A model generated the notes under the pieces. That model had not been told where the DNA came from and made no database searches. It worked only from the letters and a program-made list of their open reading frames with translations. Shown here in pieces: positions 23,716-37,628 of a stretch of DNA of 64,000 bases. Numbering within the stretch: the first letter of the stretch is position 1; every line of letters begins with the position of its first letter. The position numbers were made by a program, and so were the translations under genes. This stretch comes from Octopus vulgaris. Its lineage: Eukaryota. Location: the NCBI GenBank assembly GCA_951406725.2, contig OX597827.1:21886001-21950000 (forward strand), written 5' to 3'.

Positions 23716-24547
23716 GTAAGTTCCATTTCCATGCTTTCTCCTTGATGTTGCTGCTGTTGCTGTTGAGAGAAGCGGACTTCGTCCCAGAGCTCGCAAGATG
23801 GGAGAAGTCCGAAACGTGGTCCTTTGCTATTCATAAAACCCGCAGAAGAGAAAGCAGGTCAACCCCTGACACCGAGAGCATCGACGGATGGATGAATGTG
23901 CATCCAGGCACCCTGCTCAAAACACATGGTCAAAACCAATGTTTTCTCTAAAAAACAATGGGTCTTTGAGGGGGATTTAGTGACTACTTTTAGCCGGTCA
24001 AGCAACCACATAGAATCTATGTTGCTGTTACTGCAATAATGCTTTTCTTGATCTGTAAACAAAATATAAATACCCTTTCAAAACTTCTAGAATCAGACTG
24101 GAGTCTGGTGCAGCTCCTCAGCTTACCAGGACTGATTAAACTGCCCAACCTATGCCAGCATGGACAACCCACCACCACCTATCCCCATGCTAAGCAACTT
24201 TACCTCATCCTTCTTCCCCAGTATTTCATCATCATCATCATTTAACATCCACTTTTCCATGCTTGCATGGCTTGGGTGGAATTTTTTGAGGTGGATTTTT
24301 TTCTACAGCTGGATACCCTTCCTGTTGCAAACCCTTGCCTGTTTCCAAGCAAGATAGCATCCCCTTTAACCAGACATGTTTTCATAGAAGATTGGAAACA
24401 AAGGGCAACACTGCTTCCACGATAGTGACATCCATTTACAACAACCACACAAACTCAAGACGAAGAGAGAGCAACAAACATGCACCCACGTACATATATA
24501 GACATTTATATATGTGTATGTGTGCATGCGTGTGTGTGTATATATAT

Positions 24548-25270
24548 ATCATCATCATCATCATCATCATATAACGTTCATTGTCCATGCTGGCATGGAT
24601 TGGACACTTTGACCAGGGCTGGTAAGCTGAGGGGCTGCACCAGATTCCAGTCTGATTTGGCATGCCCTTCCTAATGCCAACTACTCTGAGAGTATAATGG
24701 GTGCTTTTATGTGCCACTGGCACAGGTGCCATTTGTGTGAGTATTTGCCATGACTACAATTTCATTTGGCTTGATGGGTCTTCTTCTGAAGCATTGCATA
24801 TACCAAAGGTCTCGATCATTCGTCATTACCTCCATGAGGCCCAAAGCTCAAAAGGTGCTTTTTATGTGCCACTGGCTCAGGTGCCCAACATTCAAAGATC
24901 ATACTTCGTTGCCTTGTCCAATGTCTTCCACAGGTTCCCTCCACCATTCGAGTGTGACACTTCTTCACACAGCTGTCCTCATCCATACACAACACCCAGC
25001 CATACCTGCACAGTTGTCTCTCTTGCACACCACATCTGATGCTTCTTATGCCCAACTTTTCTCTCAAGAAGTTTACACTCTGTGACTGACATTGCCCATC
25101 TAGCAAAGCAGACTAGTGTCATTTCTTTCAAGCCTACGTGTGTCCTCAGTGGTCACAGCCCATGTTTCACTGCTGTGTAGCATAGCTGTTCAGATACAGG
25201 CATCATACAGTTTGCTTTTCACTCTTAGGGAAAGGCCCTTTATTTCCAGCAGAGGCAGGAGCTCTCTGCG
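24548..25270 (-). mobile_element. RTE LINE 3' portion (ORF end, 3' UTR, tail)
   Basis: LREKLGIRSIRCGVQERQLCRYGWVLCM on the minus strand; (CAT)n tail. Confidence 0.8.
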
Positions 25271-25315
25271 CTTTACCCACATTATTTGTATGAATGCATT
25301 CATACATACATACAT

Positions 25316-25378
<63 letters not shown>

Positions 25379-25508
25379 GCAAAAACTGTCCGACGAACGG
25401 AAACGTGAAACTCAGAGTAACAGGTTTTGTTGAATTGTCTGCTGCTTTAAATAAAGTATATATATATATATATGTATATGTATATGCATATGTATGTATG
25501 TATGTATG

Positions 25509-26180
25509 TCATCATCATCATCATCATTTAACATCCCTTTTCCATACTGGCATGGACTGGATGGTTTGACTGGGGTCTGGAAAGCCAGGTGGCTGCACCA
25601 GGCTCCAATCTGATCTGGCAATGTTTCTACAGTTGGATGCCCTTCCTAATGCCAACCAGAAGTGGGTGCTTTTTTACGTGCCACCAGCACAGGAGCCGGT
25701 CAGGCGGGCCTGGCATTGATCACATTCGGATGGTGCTTTTTATGTACCACTGGCACGGTAGCCAGTCATGGGATACTGGCATTGGCCACATTTGGATGGT
25801 ACTTTTTACGTGCCACCAGCACAGGAGCCAGTCAGTGGGTACTGGATCAGCCTTACTTGGTTGGTGTTTGGCATCGGCTAGGTTCGGATGGTGCTTTTTA
25901 CATGCCGGTGGCATGGGACCCAGTCAGGTGACACTGGCATTGACCATGTTTGGATGATGCATTTTACGTACCGCCTAAACAGGAGCCAGTCAGTGGGCAC
26001 AGGCCACAACTACGATTTTAGTTTTACTTGACTCAACAGGTCTTCTCAAGCATATCATATTACCTGATGCATCAAGGGTACTTTTAAGTGGGTTGGACAT
26101 GCAACAGTGGCATTGGCCATGGCTGTGATCTAACTTTAGTTGCTATGTCTTCTCAATCACAGCATATCTCCAAACGTCTT
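25509..26180 (-). mobile_element. RTE 3' UTR with several tandem sub-repeats
   Basis: (CAT)n-ttaacatcc.tttccat..gcatgg terminal motif and repeated ggtgctttttacgtgccac units. Similar copies at 28500-29060 and 43563-43930. Confidence 0.75.
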
Positions 26181-26742
26181 TATATGTATATATACAAAAG
26201 GCTTTTTTCAGTTTCCATTTATCAAATAAACACAAAAGGCTTTAAGCCATCTTGAAGCCATAGTAGAGGGCACTCGCCCAAAGTACACTGCAGTGGGACT
26301 GAACACAGAGCCATGTGGCTGGGAGGCAAACCTCTCACCGTTCAGCTATGCTTGTCAGAAATTCCCACCATGTGCATAACTTTCATGCAGCCATCAGTCT
26401 TCGGCTGTTCAACATGAACATGAAGCACATCAACCTCACCCATCTTTGGGTGACCCTATGAAGGCCATTGTCACATTACAGAACCTTTCTTCAGTCTAAA
26501 CCTTAAAACAAAGAAATGACTAAAGAATTACAAATTAGTAGTGAAGAATCCCAGATGAAATTCATTTCAGATTTGGTTTCAATTCTGAATCGATTTTGAA
26601 AATGTCTCAACAAAACCAAGTGGAAACAAATCCATGACCTTGAATTTTTAGTCAAAGAAATCAATCTTGTAAATCATTTTTTAATCCTGGTACTTATTCT
26701 ATTGGAAAATATTAAATGAAAAGTATTTTAAAAGAATATTTG

Positions 26743-27145
26743 GGATCTTTTCGGTTTGAACGGCAGTTTTTTCTAGCGGTGTCATATGAAATTGTCACCC
26801 ATAATTATGACCCTAGTATCGACCTATTGCATTTCAATCTATTTTAGGGTTAGGGGTGGGGGGAAGGGTATCTTTTTTTCTTCACAAATGTAAATAAACC
26901 CCAATCTGTTTCTTAAACGAGGGACATATTCATACATCACAAATTGTTGTTTACCTCAATAGACATCATCGATTGGTTGAAATTGCAGAAAAAAAACAAC
27001 AAATATCTTACAAACTATAGAATTTTCTCAATAAAGCCAAGAGAAAAAGATGTTTTATAAACACATTCTACCAGTATACGAAATTTAAAATTTTTTAGTT
27101 ACCTAGAAATTATGTTAAAAACTGCTGTTCAAACTGAAAAGATCC
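26743..27145 (-). mobile_element. Merlin-like MITE, copy 2 (in DEGS intron)
   Basis: Same TIRs; TSD AATATTTG at 26735-26742 and 27146-27153. Confidence 0.9.
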
Positions 27146-27412
27146 AATATTTGCATAGTATTCAAATACAAGGGGCATTTTCCTTGTTTCTGCCTGTCTC
27201 TGTCTCTCTTGTAATATATATACTTCTTTCAGTTTCCGTTTACCAAATCCACTTGGTTGGCCCAAGGCTACAGTAGAAGACACTTGCCCAAGGTGCCGCG
27301 CAGTGAGACTGAATCCAAAACAATGTGGTTGGGAAGCAAGCTCCTTACCACACAGCCACACCTGCGCTTATATATATGTAAATAAATCTAATTAAAAACA
27401 ACTTTTACAAAC

Positions 27413-27466
<54 letters not shown>

Positions 27467-29338
27467 ATTAGGGCTTAGTAAAATAAATTACTTTGCCACA
27501 TACTGAACTTAGTAGAAATAGCAGCCAAAAAGAATTTTCTTAGCATTTCTACTACTTAAAGAAAATTTCTCTCAGATAATGTTTACTCCAGACAGCTCAA
27601 TGGTCCTTTTACATACTGAACACTTGGTGAAATTGATTAATTAATTAATTTTACCCTCAATTGTTGATATATATATATATATATATATATATATTCGGTG
27701 TGTGGTGAGGCAAATCGTTGCTAAACCCTTAATTACTTAGTATATATCTACATATATATATGTATATATATGTGTGTGTGTGTGTGTATGTGTGTGTAAG
27801 TGTGTGAGTACATATCTGTTTGCATGTGTACTAAATCAATAGTAACTTACTAATAGGTTGTCCGAGTCAACCGTTGAGGATGGTGCAGAATTAATATTCC
27901 TTTGACATTGGAAATACTGTCATGACCATCCCATCTGCTTTTCTCTGTCCAGACTAAAAATATATACAATATGATGGGTTTTTTTTCTAAAGATAGTAGG
28001 CTGTAGTAAAGGGTGGGGGAGGGAGAGAGGGGGGTAGGGTGGGGATTTGGCTGCTATTTTTAGTATTTTCACATGACCAGCAGGAGGCCTCACCACATTG
28101 GCTTCTATAATTCTCCGTGATTCAATAATCAATCAATCACAATTTTCCTGATGATAGTTTTGTTATAAATTCTGATTTCTTCATTGTTCATTATTCTATT
28201 TAGAGTCATTTTTTTCCCTCTCCCTGCCATCGGAACAGTTCTAATAATCCACGGATATTGATTTCAAATAATAATTCATCCATTCACCAATGAAGTCAAC
28301 TTTATCCCTGTTGTGATGTCCGAGTCTCTTGTTAACACAAATATTCACGTTTTCCAGAACGTTCATTATTTAGTATTGATTCAAGGTTTTAAAAAGAAGC
28401 CCCTGCAACAGATACAAGCTTCTCTTACAATCTCATTCAAATTGAGGATTTATTATATGAATATAAATCATCCCCAGGACTTACTTTAACCGGTTACTTC
28501 ATCATCATCATCATCATTGTTTAATGTCCGCTCTCCATGCTAGCATGGGTTGGACGAATGACTGAGGACTGGCAAACCAGATGGCTGCACCAGGCTTCAA
28601 TCTTAATCTGACAGAGTTTCTACAGCTGGATGCCCTTCCTAACGCCAACCACTCTGAGAGTGTAGAGGATGCTTTTTACGTGCCACCAGCACGGAGGCCA
28701 GTCAGGCAGTACTGGCAATAACCTCGCTTGAATCTTTTTACACATGCCACCAGCACAAGTGCTAGTAAGGCGATGTTGTTAACGATCACACTCGAATGGC
28801 GCCTTTTATGTGCCACTGGCACAGAAGCCAGTTAACCGCTCTGTCAACAATCACATTCGTATAGTGCTCTTTGCACCCCGCTAGCATGGATGCCAGTCAT
28901 CGAATTCGATTTTGATTTCACTTGCCTCAACAGGTCTTTGTAAGCAGAGTTTAGTGTCTAAAGAAGGAACAGGTACGCATAAGCGGGCTGGTTATGCTCC
29001 TGGCATAGGCCACAGGTTATGGTCTCATTTGGCTTGCCAGGTCTTCTCAAGCACAGCATATTACTTATTTTGTTGGCTTCTACTGATGGTGCGATTTGAG
29101 TTTTTGACATAAAAAGATGTTGCAACTTGACTCCAGTTTCACACAGATGAGCGTGGATGTGTGGTGAGGAAGTTTGCTTCACAAGTATGTGGCTCAAGGT
29201 TCAGTCTCACTGAATAGCACTTGGGTCAAGAATCTCCAATAGTCTCAGGACGACCAAACCTTCTCACTGGATTTAGTCAACCGAAATTCAAAGAAGCCCA
29301 TAATATAGACATACGTACATGTGTGTGTGTGTGTGTGA

Positions 29339-29369
<31 letters not shown>

Positions 29370-29374
29370 AGTGC

Positions 29375-29419
<45 letters not shown>

Positions 29420-29629
29420 TGTGTGTGTGCGTGTGTGTGTGTGGGTGTTGACATTTTCTGATTTTTGTAAATGAGTGTCACTGTTATACAAGCAATGTCG
29501 TTCCTTTGCAATCTTCTGTGAGAGATATGTCTGGCTACAGAAAAATATTCCCTTGCTCAGAAATTGGTAAGAATTGGTGACAAAACTCTGTCTGACCCAT
29601 GAAAGCATGAAAAAGATGTTCAAATAAAA

Positions 29630-30080
29630 ATATGTAAGTGCACCTTGAGGCAATCCAGCACCACAACACACAGAAGATGGAATTGGTGATACAGATGAGC
29701 TACTGGGAGAGGCTAAAAGAACTGAAGCTCTACTCCTTGGAGAGAAGGCAAGAAAGATATGCAGTGATATACATATGGAAGATCCTGGATGCTCTAGCTC
29801 CCAATTTTGGAACTGAAAGCCATATCAATGGCTGAACTGGACGGTACTATATAATACCAAAGGTCCCATCTTTTCCATCTCAAATAAGGACCCAGTACTG
29901 TAACAACTTGGGTTTAAAGGCTCCACCATTATTCAGCATTTTGCCACAAAACCTCAGAGATTTACAAGGTGTAGATGTAGAGATATTGAGGGAGCATCTT
30001 GGACAAATTTCTATTTATCCCCCACACTGCAGGAGGAAGCACAAAGAAGAACAGCTCCATCCAACTTGCCACTTCACCAG
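29630..30080 (+). mobile_element. CR1-type LINE 3' fragment
   Basis: MSYWERLKELKLYSLERRQERYAVIYIWKIL. Confidence 0.8.
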
Positions 30081-30215
30081 AAGCATTATAGAGAAGAAAC
30101 CCAAACACTCTGAAACCTGGTGCTCCAGCATGGCCTCAGCCTCTGGTTGAAACCAGAATATGATAAAAGATAAAGATAAAAGATACATATTTACACATCC
30201 ATCCATCCATCCATC

Positions 30216-30262
<47 letters not shown>

Positions 30263-30384
30263 ATGTATGTATGTATGTATGTATGTATGTATGTATGTAT
30301 GTATGTATGTATGTATATTTATATATATATACACATATACATATAAATATATATGTATAAGCGGACGTTAAATGATGATGATGA

Positions 30385-30560
30385 ATGATATAAAGGACCT
30401 TGGAGTTAATTTAGCAAAGACCAAAGTCTTAGTAAGAAAACAGACAAACCAGAAAAATCCCTTTAGGGAGATGGCCCTGCTTGATATGTAGAAAAGATTT
30501 AGGTAGAAACTCCATGCAATGTACCTGGTGCAAGCTATGGACACATGAGAGGTGCAACAA
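30385..30560 (+). mobile_element. RTE ORF fragment with Cys/His (PHD-like) insert
   Basis: VNLAKTKVLV, then WPCLICRKDLGRNSMQCTWCKLWTHERC. Related remnants at 60200-60330 and 60690-61030. Confidence 0.6.
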
Positions 30561-30894
30561 TCTGCATCCTCCTCCTCTTCATCCTCACCCTCCTACTCCT
30601 CTTCCTCTTCTTCCTCCTCTTTCTCCTCATCCTTCTCATCCTCACCACCACCACCACCACCACCACCACAACCACAACCACAACCACCATTATTTAACTT
30701 CCATCCTCCATGTTGGCATGGGTTGGATGATTTAACAGGATCCAATGAACCAGAGGGCTGCATCAAAGGAGTGCTTTTGACACAGGTTCAAGGGCTGGGT
30801 GCCCTTCCTAACTTTAATCATATTACAAAATGAACTGGTCACTAGTGGGGTCACTAAGTGACTCATAACTCAAATCTCCTCAACTGAGTGAGTA

Positions 30895-31117
30895 CGGTAA
30901 CCCCTCGACCATGGCAGGTGTTACATTCCAAAGCCACCCCCAACCCCCGTAATAGGTGAAAATCCGCAAAGTAGAAACAGTATTGTACTGTGTATTTTTT
31001 TTTATAATTTGTATGTATTTATTTTATCGCAAATACAAAACAACACCAAGGAGGAATTGATGTAAGCTTAAATAATAAACCACGATAGGTGAACCGCGAT
31101 ATGGCGAGGGATTACTG
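30895..31117. mobile_element. Tigger/pogo-type MITE
   Basis: TA|CGGTAACCCCTCG ... CGAGGGATTACTG|TA (TIRs and TA TSD). Confidence 0.75.
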
Positions 31118-32154
31118 TATGCTCTGTGTGTGTGTGTGTGTGTGTGTGTGCAAGTTTTGATTGTTCAAGAGGATCCTGATGTATCAACCATGAGATTTGA
31201 TCCCCCTACAAACAGCTTTAAACCAGAGGCAAACAACATCCAACCTAATGTGTTTGTTTTGTTTGTGGTGGAGTGGCAAAACTGTAAGAATGTTGCACTG
31301 AATGCCTGGCAGTATTTGTTTCGGATCTTTATGTTCTGAGTTCAAATTCCAGCATAGAATTACTCCATTCCCTGGCCGAATAATACCACCATCTGAAGTC
31401 ACAGATCAGATCTCTGGTTTGAGAATATCTCCCTCCTTCCTTCCTTCCTTCTCTCCCACCCTCTCACCCCCACCTCCTACCAGTTTTGGGGGCCTCAAAA
31501 AGGGTCACAGGGACAACCTTCCCTCCTGACAAAGTAAAACAAAATGGTAAGTAAAGTTCCAACCTGTCCCTTATGAAGCAGCCTTAAATCTCCTATCCGT
31601 CCAAATATACTTTAACCTTTTAACTCCTTGTTTAAAGTGACCCCTCTGTCTCCTATTCCCCCACCACACACACAAATCTGCAGTTGAGAAAGCTCTTTAA
31701 TCTTTCAAGCTGCAAAGTGACCCTTTTAGAGCTGGTGTCATGGAAAAAAAAACCCCACAGAACACTCTGTATTGGGTTTGGTTTTGGGAAGGGCATCCAG
31801 CCATAGAAACCATCTCAAAACTGATACACTGGATCTGGTCAAAGCATCCAGCTCATGTCAGCATCATGATGCTCTTGATACTGATGATGATGATGATGGT
31901 GATGATGATATATACACATTAATACATACCTTGTGTATGCATAAAGCATCATCATTTAACATGTGTGTGCTATGCTGACATGGGTTGGACATTTCGACAG
32001 GAAGTGATGAGCCTGTGGCACGTGTTGGTCTCCAGAATCTGTTTTGGCAAAGTTTGTGGTTGGATGTCCTGTATGTATGTATGTATGTATGTATGTATCC
32101 ATTTAGATATAGAAAGAGAGAGACGGGGTAGAGGGGGAGAGAGACAGACTGGCA

Positions 32155-32235
32155 GATAGAGAAGAAAAAGAAGACAGATAGATAGATAGACAGACAGACA
32201 GATAGATAAACAAATAGATAGACAGACAGACAGAC

Positions 32236-32301
<66 letters not shown>

Positions 32302-32448
32302 GTAGGTAGTAAGGTAGGTAGATAGATAAAGATAGATAGATAGATAGATAGTTAGATAGATAGATAGAAAGATAGATAGGTAGGTAGTAAGGTAGATAGA
32401 TAGATAGATAGATAGGTATAGATAGATAGGTATAGATAGATAGATAGC

Positions 32449-32512
<64 letters not shown>

Positions 32513-32561
32513 AAGATAGATAGGTAGGTAGTAAGGTAGATAGATAGATAGATAGATAGGT

Positions 32562-32593
<32 letters not shown>

Positions 32594-32615
32594 GTAGATA
32601 GATAGATAGACAGAC
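32155..32615. repeat. Compound (GATA/GACA/GGTA)n array with higher-order duplication
   Basis: The variant block gataggtaggtagtaaggtag recurs three times. Similar arrays at 8270-8385 and 8971-9135. Confidence 0.9.
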
Positions 32616-33278
32616 AGGCACACCCTGATTTGGCCCTGATATTAATCCCAATATATAATACAATAAACCACTGGTGTGTTCCTAACAGCTCACTCAGAGC
32701 TAACTGAGACTCAACAACAGCAACAACAGCAACAACGGCAACAACACATGTCTCAGCCATAGAACATTTGTGTTGTATAACATTTCTCTTGCATAACAAT
32801 ACAATACGGAGGAAATGAGAAACATTGTTTTCTACAAACCAATGCATATGAAAGCCTATTTTGGCCAGAAGCAGATTTTGATTCCCAGAGCAGTGTTGGT
32901 GCTATGAAAAAAGCACCCAGCACACTCTGCCAAATGGTTGGTGCTAGGAAGGGCATCCAGCCATGGAAATCCATACAAACGTAAACACCGGAGCATGATG
33001 CTGTCTTCAGCTGAATTCTATCAAACCATCCAACTGATGCCAGTATTGAACATGGACATTAAGTGATGAGAATGATGATGATGGTGATAATGGCAAACAC
33101 CACCATCACCACCACCACCACCACCACCATGATGGGGGTGGCAGTGATGACAGCAATGGCAGCCACATCTCCTCTGCTCAGTATGTTGTCCTTGTTAAAT
33201 ATTACTATAATTAAGAATACCTCAATTATGATAACTATACTTAATTGTCTTCATGTTTTTTTTTTCTTTTTTTTGCAG

Positions 33279-33870
33279 ATATTTGGGTGAAGAATTCATG
33301 GATGTTGATATCCCGACTCGTTTTGAGAGTTACATGTTCCAGAAACCAATAACAAAAATAATTTGGCTTATTCTGCATCCCATAATCCATGCACTTCGCC
33401 CTTTCTATAAAAGTCCGAAACCCCTCAATGAATGGGAAATGATGAATGGCTTAATTCAAATACTATTTGATGTATGGATCTATCAACAGTTTGGCTTCAA
33501 ATCTATTACATATCTTGTTCTGGGAACATTTATGGCAATAGGGTTCCATCCATTGGCTGGTCACTTCATATCTGAACATTATCTGTTTAGTGAAGGAGTT
33601 GTTGGCAAGCATCAAGCAACACATTCTTACTATGGTCCTCTCAATATTGTCCTATTCAATGTAGGGTACCATGTGGAACACCATGACTTCCCCTATATTC
33701 CTTACAATAAAATTGCTAAAGTATCCAAAATGGCCCCAGAATTTTATGAGCATTTACCTTATCATACATCATTGTTGAAAGTGCTTTGGGACTTTATATT
33801 TGATGAGAACGTTGGTCCTCATTCGAGGGGGGTTGGCTATTTGAAATATAAAGATCTTAAATCTTCATAG
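33279..33870 (+). CDS. DEGS1: Sphingolipid delta(4)-desaturase (DEGS/DES family), coding exon 2
   Basis: Long T tract plus gcAG acceptor at 33277-33278. The phase-2 junction AG|A restores HHR-YLG..DVDIPT. Contains HPLAGHFISEHY, SYYGPLN, His box 3 HVEHH and DFP; stop TAG at 33868-33870. Joined CDS is 1053 nt = 350 aa. Confidence 0.95.
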
Positions 33871-34645
33871 ATTTCATACACAATGTTATAAATATGAAAA
33901 CTCCTTGGTGGAGCTCAAGAGAAAAGTGTTTAGCTGACATGTTCCTATCTGGAAGGGAAAAAAAGTTTTTAAAAAAGTAAAGAAAAAGACAGCAACCAAA
34001 AAGGAATTTTAAGTATTTTAAACAAAAATAATTTAAACAAAAAAAAAGAATTCTGCTTGTCATCCTATAAGGATACTGGAGATAGATGAGTCAACAGATA
34101 GTCAAACTTGATTCTTTGCAGTGATAATCATTGACATTGTTTTATATTTCTTCTGCATTGATGAAATAAATACCAGACATACTTTGGGATCAATCTGATA
34201 AAATCTGTCTCTTCCTCCAGAAAGAAAAGTGATCTGTTGCCTCATCAAAAGAAAGTTTAATTGTTGTATAAATATTCTGCCCAAGATTTTTTTGATGCCT
34301 TTGATTAAATATTACAAAGCCTGATAAATAATTGCAACTCGTTAAATCTAAACCACAAATCTGAAGAAACTTCATTTACTAACATAATGCAAACGATAAT
34401 AATACTAATTCAATAATTATGAAATAATATTTCAGAGTTGTTGTGTTGTTGTAGCTCATAAGAAACTCTGGATGAAATATTTCTTCTAAAAAAGATGTGG
34501 AAGATTAGCAAAGCCACTGGAGCCTCAGAAGAATGTGTATGAGGTTTAATTAATCCCCTCAATCTCTATGTGCTGAGTTCAACTCATGCAAACGTCACCT
34601 TTCCCAAATCAATAAATTAACAACTGGTCAAAGGATCCTGTAGAT

Positions 34646-34932
34646 CAGTGGTTCTCAACCAGGGTTCGCATGACTGTTTGGGGTCCAATTGACCCTTGGA
34701 GTTCACATGACCCTTAAGGGCCCGTATAAGATTTTGTTGTTAAAATTTATCTGCAATAAATTTGTTATATTTCTACAATGTACAAAATATTTGAACAATT
34801 TTCTTATAAAATTCTTCATAATGCATAATAAAAATATATGAGGGTTTTTAAACATGGATTAGCTGTGAGGGTCCGGTGGCATAAAATAATAATCAAAGGA
34901 GTCTAGAAGTAAAAAAGGGTTGGGAACCCCTG
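34646..34932. mobile_element. hAT (Charlie-type) MITE downstream of the DEGS stop
   Basis: TIRs CAGTGGTTCTCAACC / GGTTGGGAACCCCTG; decayed 8-bp TSD ctgtagat / ctataaag. Confidence 0.75.
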
Positions 34933-35356
34933 CTATAAAGCATCCTAGATGTGGATGGATTTATAAGAGTAAAATGAAAGCATTTCCTTTGATATTCATA
35001 CATTCCAAATAACCCTGTACATCTTTTTTTTTTCAGCTGAATATAGTTTGTTTTGTGCTTGTTTAATACCCAAACATCTCCACTTCATTTTATCTAAACC
35101 TTGTTATTGTTAAAGCTTGTACATCTCCATTTCATCGTCTCACTTCTTCTCCCTCAGCTTGTTTTTCTTTCTTCGGTCTTCTCATTCATCTCTAGCTCAA
35201 CTTTGCATCCTATTTTGTGATTCACCTCCGGTGAACATCAGCCAGCTATCAACTGAACTTCGTACCAAGAACAAAAAAAAAGCAAAAAATATTTAAATTC
35301 TTGAATTTTCTAGATTATGTTGGACTTTTCATAAACTTTATATTATATCTGATATG

Positions 35357-35404
<48 letters not shown>

Positions 35405-35614
35405 TTAATAAGGGTGAGGAATTAGATACTAATTTAATAGTATATTTATTCCACACCAGTGGCCTAGTTACGAAAACCCGGATTATTATAATATTTTATA
35501 ACATATTATAATATTTTAAAATAAATATATACTATATGATCACTAAGTTATATAACCACGAAAAGTACATGTACTTTTCGTGTTGAAACCTATTAATTGT
35601 AATGATCAATATAG

Positions 35615-35683
<69 letters not shown>

Positions 35684-35689
35684 GCGGGG

Positions 35690-36674
<985 letters not shown>

Positions 36675-36716
36675 TACATATATATATGTGTGTATATATA
36701 TATATATATATGTATA

Positions 36717-36996
36717 TGTATGTATAAAAAGTATAAATAAAAATACAAAATGGGACATGAACGCAAAACATTCAAATAGACGATACAAAAAACGGACAGG
36801 TCATTCGAAGCCTCTAATCTTCAGTCAAGAACCGGATCATCTTCGCAATAAGATTAATCAGCCAAAATTGCAAGGATGATCCGGTTCTTGACTGAAGGTT
36901 AGAGGCTTCGAATGACCCGTCCATTTTTCGTATCGTCTATTTGAATGTTTTGTGTTCTTGTCCCATTTTGTATTTTTATATATATTTTTTATACAT
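36717..36996. repeat. Fold-back palindrome (~130-bp arms, 17-nt spacer) in (TA)n
   Basis: 36717-36849 is the reverse complement of 36867-36996. A non-inverted relative lies at 21080-21270. Confidence 0.9.
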
Positions 36997-37052
36997 ATAT
37001 TATCCCGGCGTACGTACACCTTGTTCTCTTATATATATATATATATATATAT

Positions 37053-37376
37053 AAATTAGAGATAAAACCACTATTAGGCAAATCAAACAGTGATAGACAT
37101 AAACCAAAACATAAAAAACAAAAAATAAATATAATTAATATAATATACCAAATATATATAAAATACAAAATTTAAAATTTAGATTCTTAAAATTTATATT
37201 TATATTTATATATAAATATAAATATAAATTTAAAAATTTCAAATTTTAATAATTTAAATTTAATATTTTATATATATTTGGTATATTATATTAATTATAT
37301 TTATTTTTTGTTTTTTATGTTTTGGTTTATGTCTATCACTGTTTAATTTGCCTAATAGTGGTTTTATCTCTAATTT
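37053..37376. repeat. AT-rich fold-back palindrome (~160-bp arms, no real spacer)
   Basis: aaattagagataaaaccactattaggcaaat... / ...atttgcctaatagtggttttatctctaattt. Confidence 0.9.
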
Positions 37377-37584
37377 AATTTATATTTATACTGTGAAATT
37401 TGATTTAATCCTAAATCTAATTTTTCCCTGTAAGTTTGGATATACTTCCTAATATTATATATATATATATATATATATAAATATATATATATGTTTATAT
37501 ATATATATATATAAATATATATATATGTATGTATATATATGTATATATATCATCATCATCGTTTAGCGTCCGTTTTCCATGCTA

Positions 37585-37628
<44 letters not shown>

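Larger units (their letters stand above)
23716..33278 (+). other. DEGS intron (9563 bp, GT-AG, phase 2), filled with repeats
   Basis: GTAAGT donor and tttttgcAG acceptor join two in-frame DEGS segments with no missing residues. Confidence 0.93.

Noticed and set aside
34165-34170. AATAAA as the DEGS poly(A) signal
   Set aside because: One of several AATAAA hexamers in AT-rich, partly repeat-derived sequence; cannot be chosen without 3'-end data.
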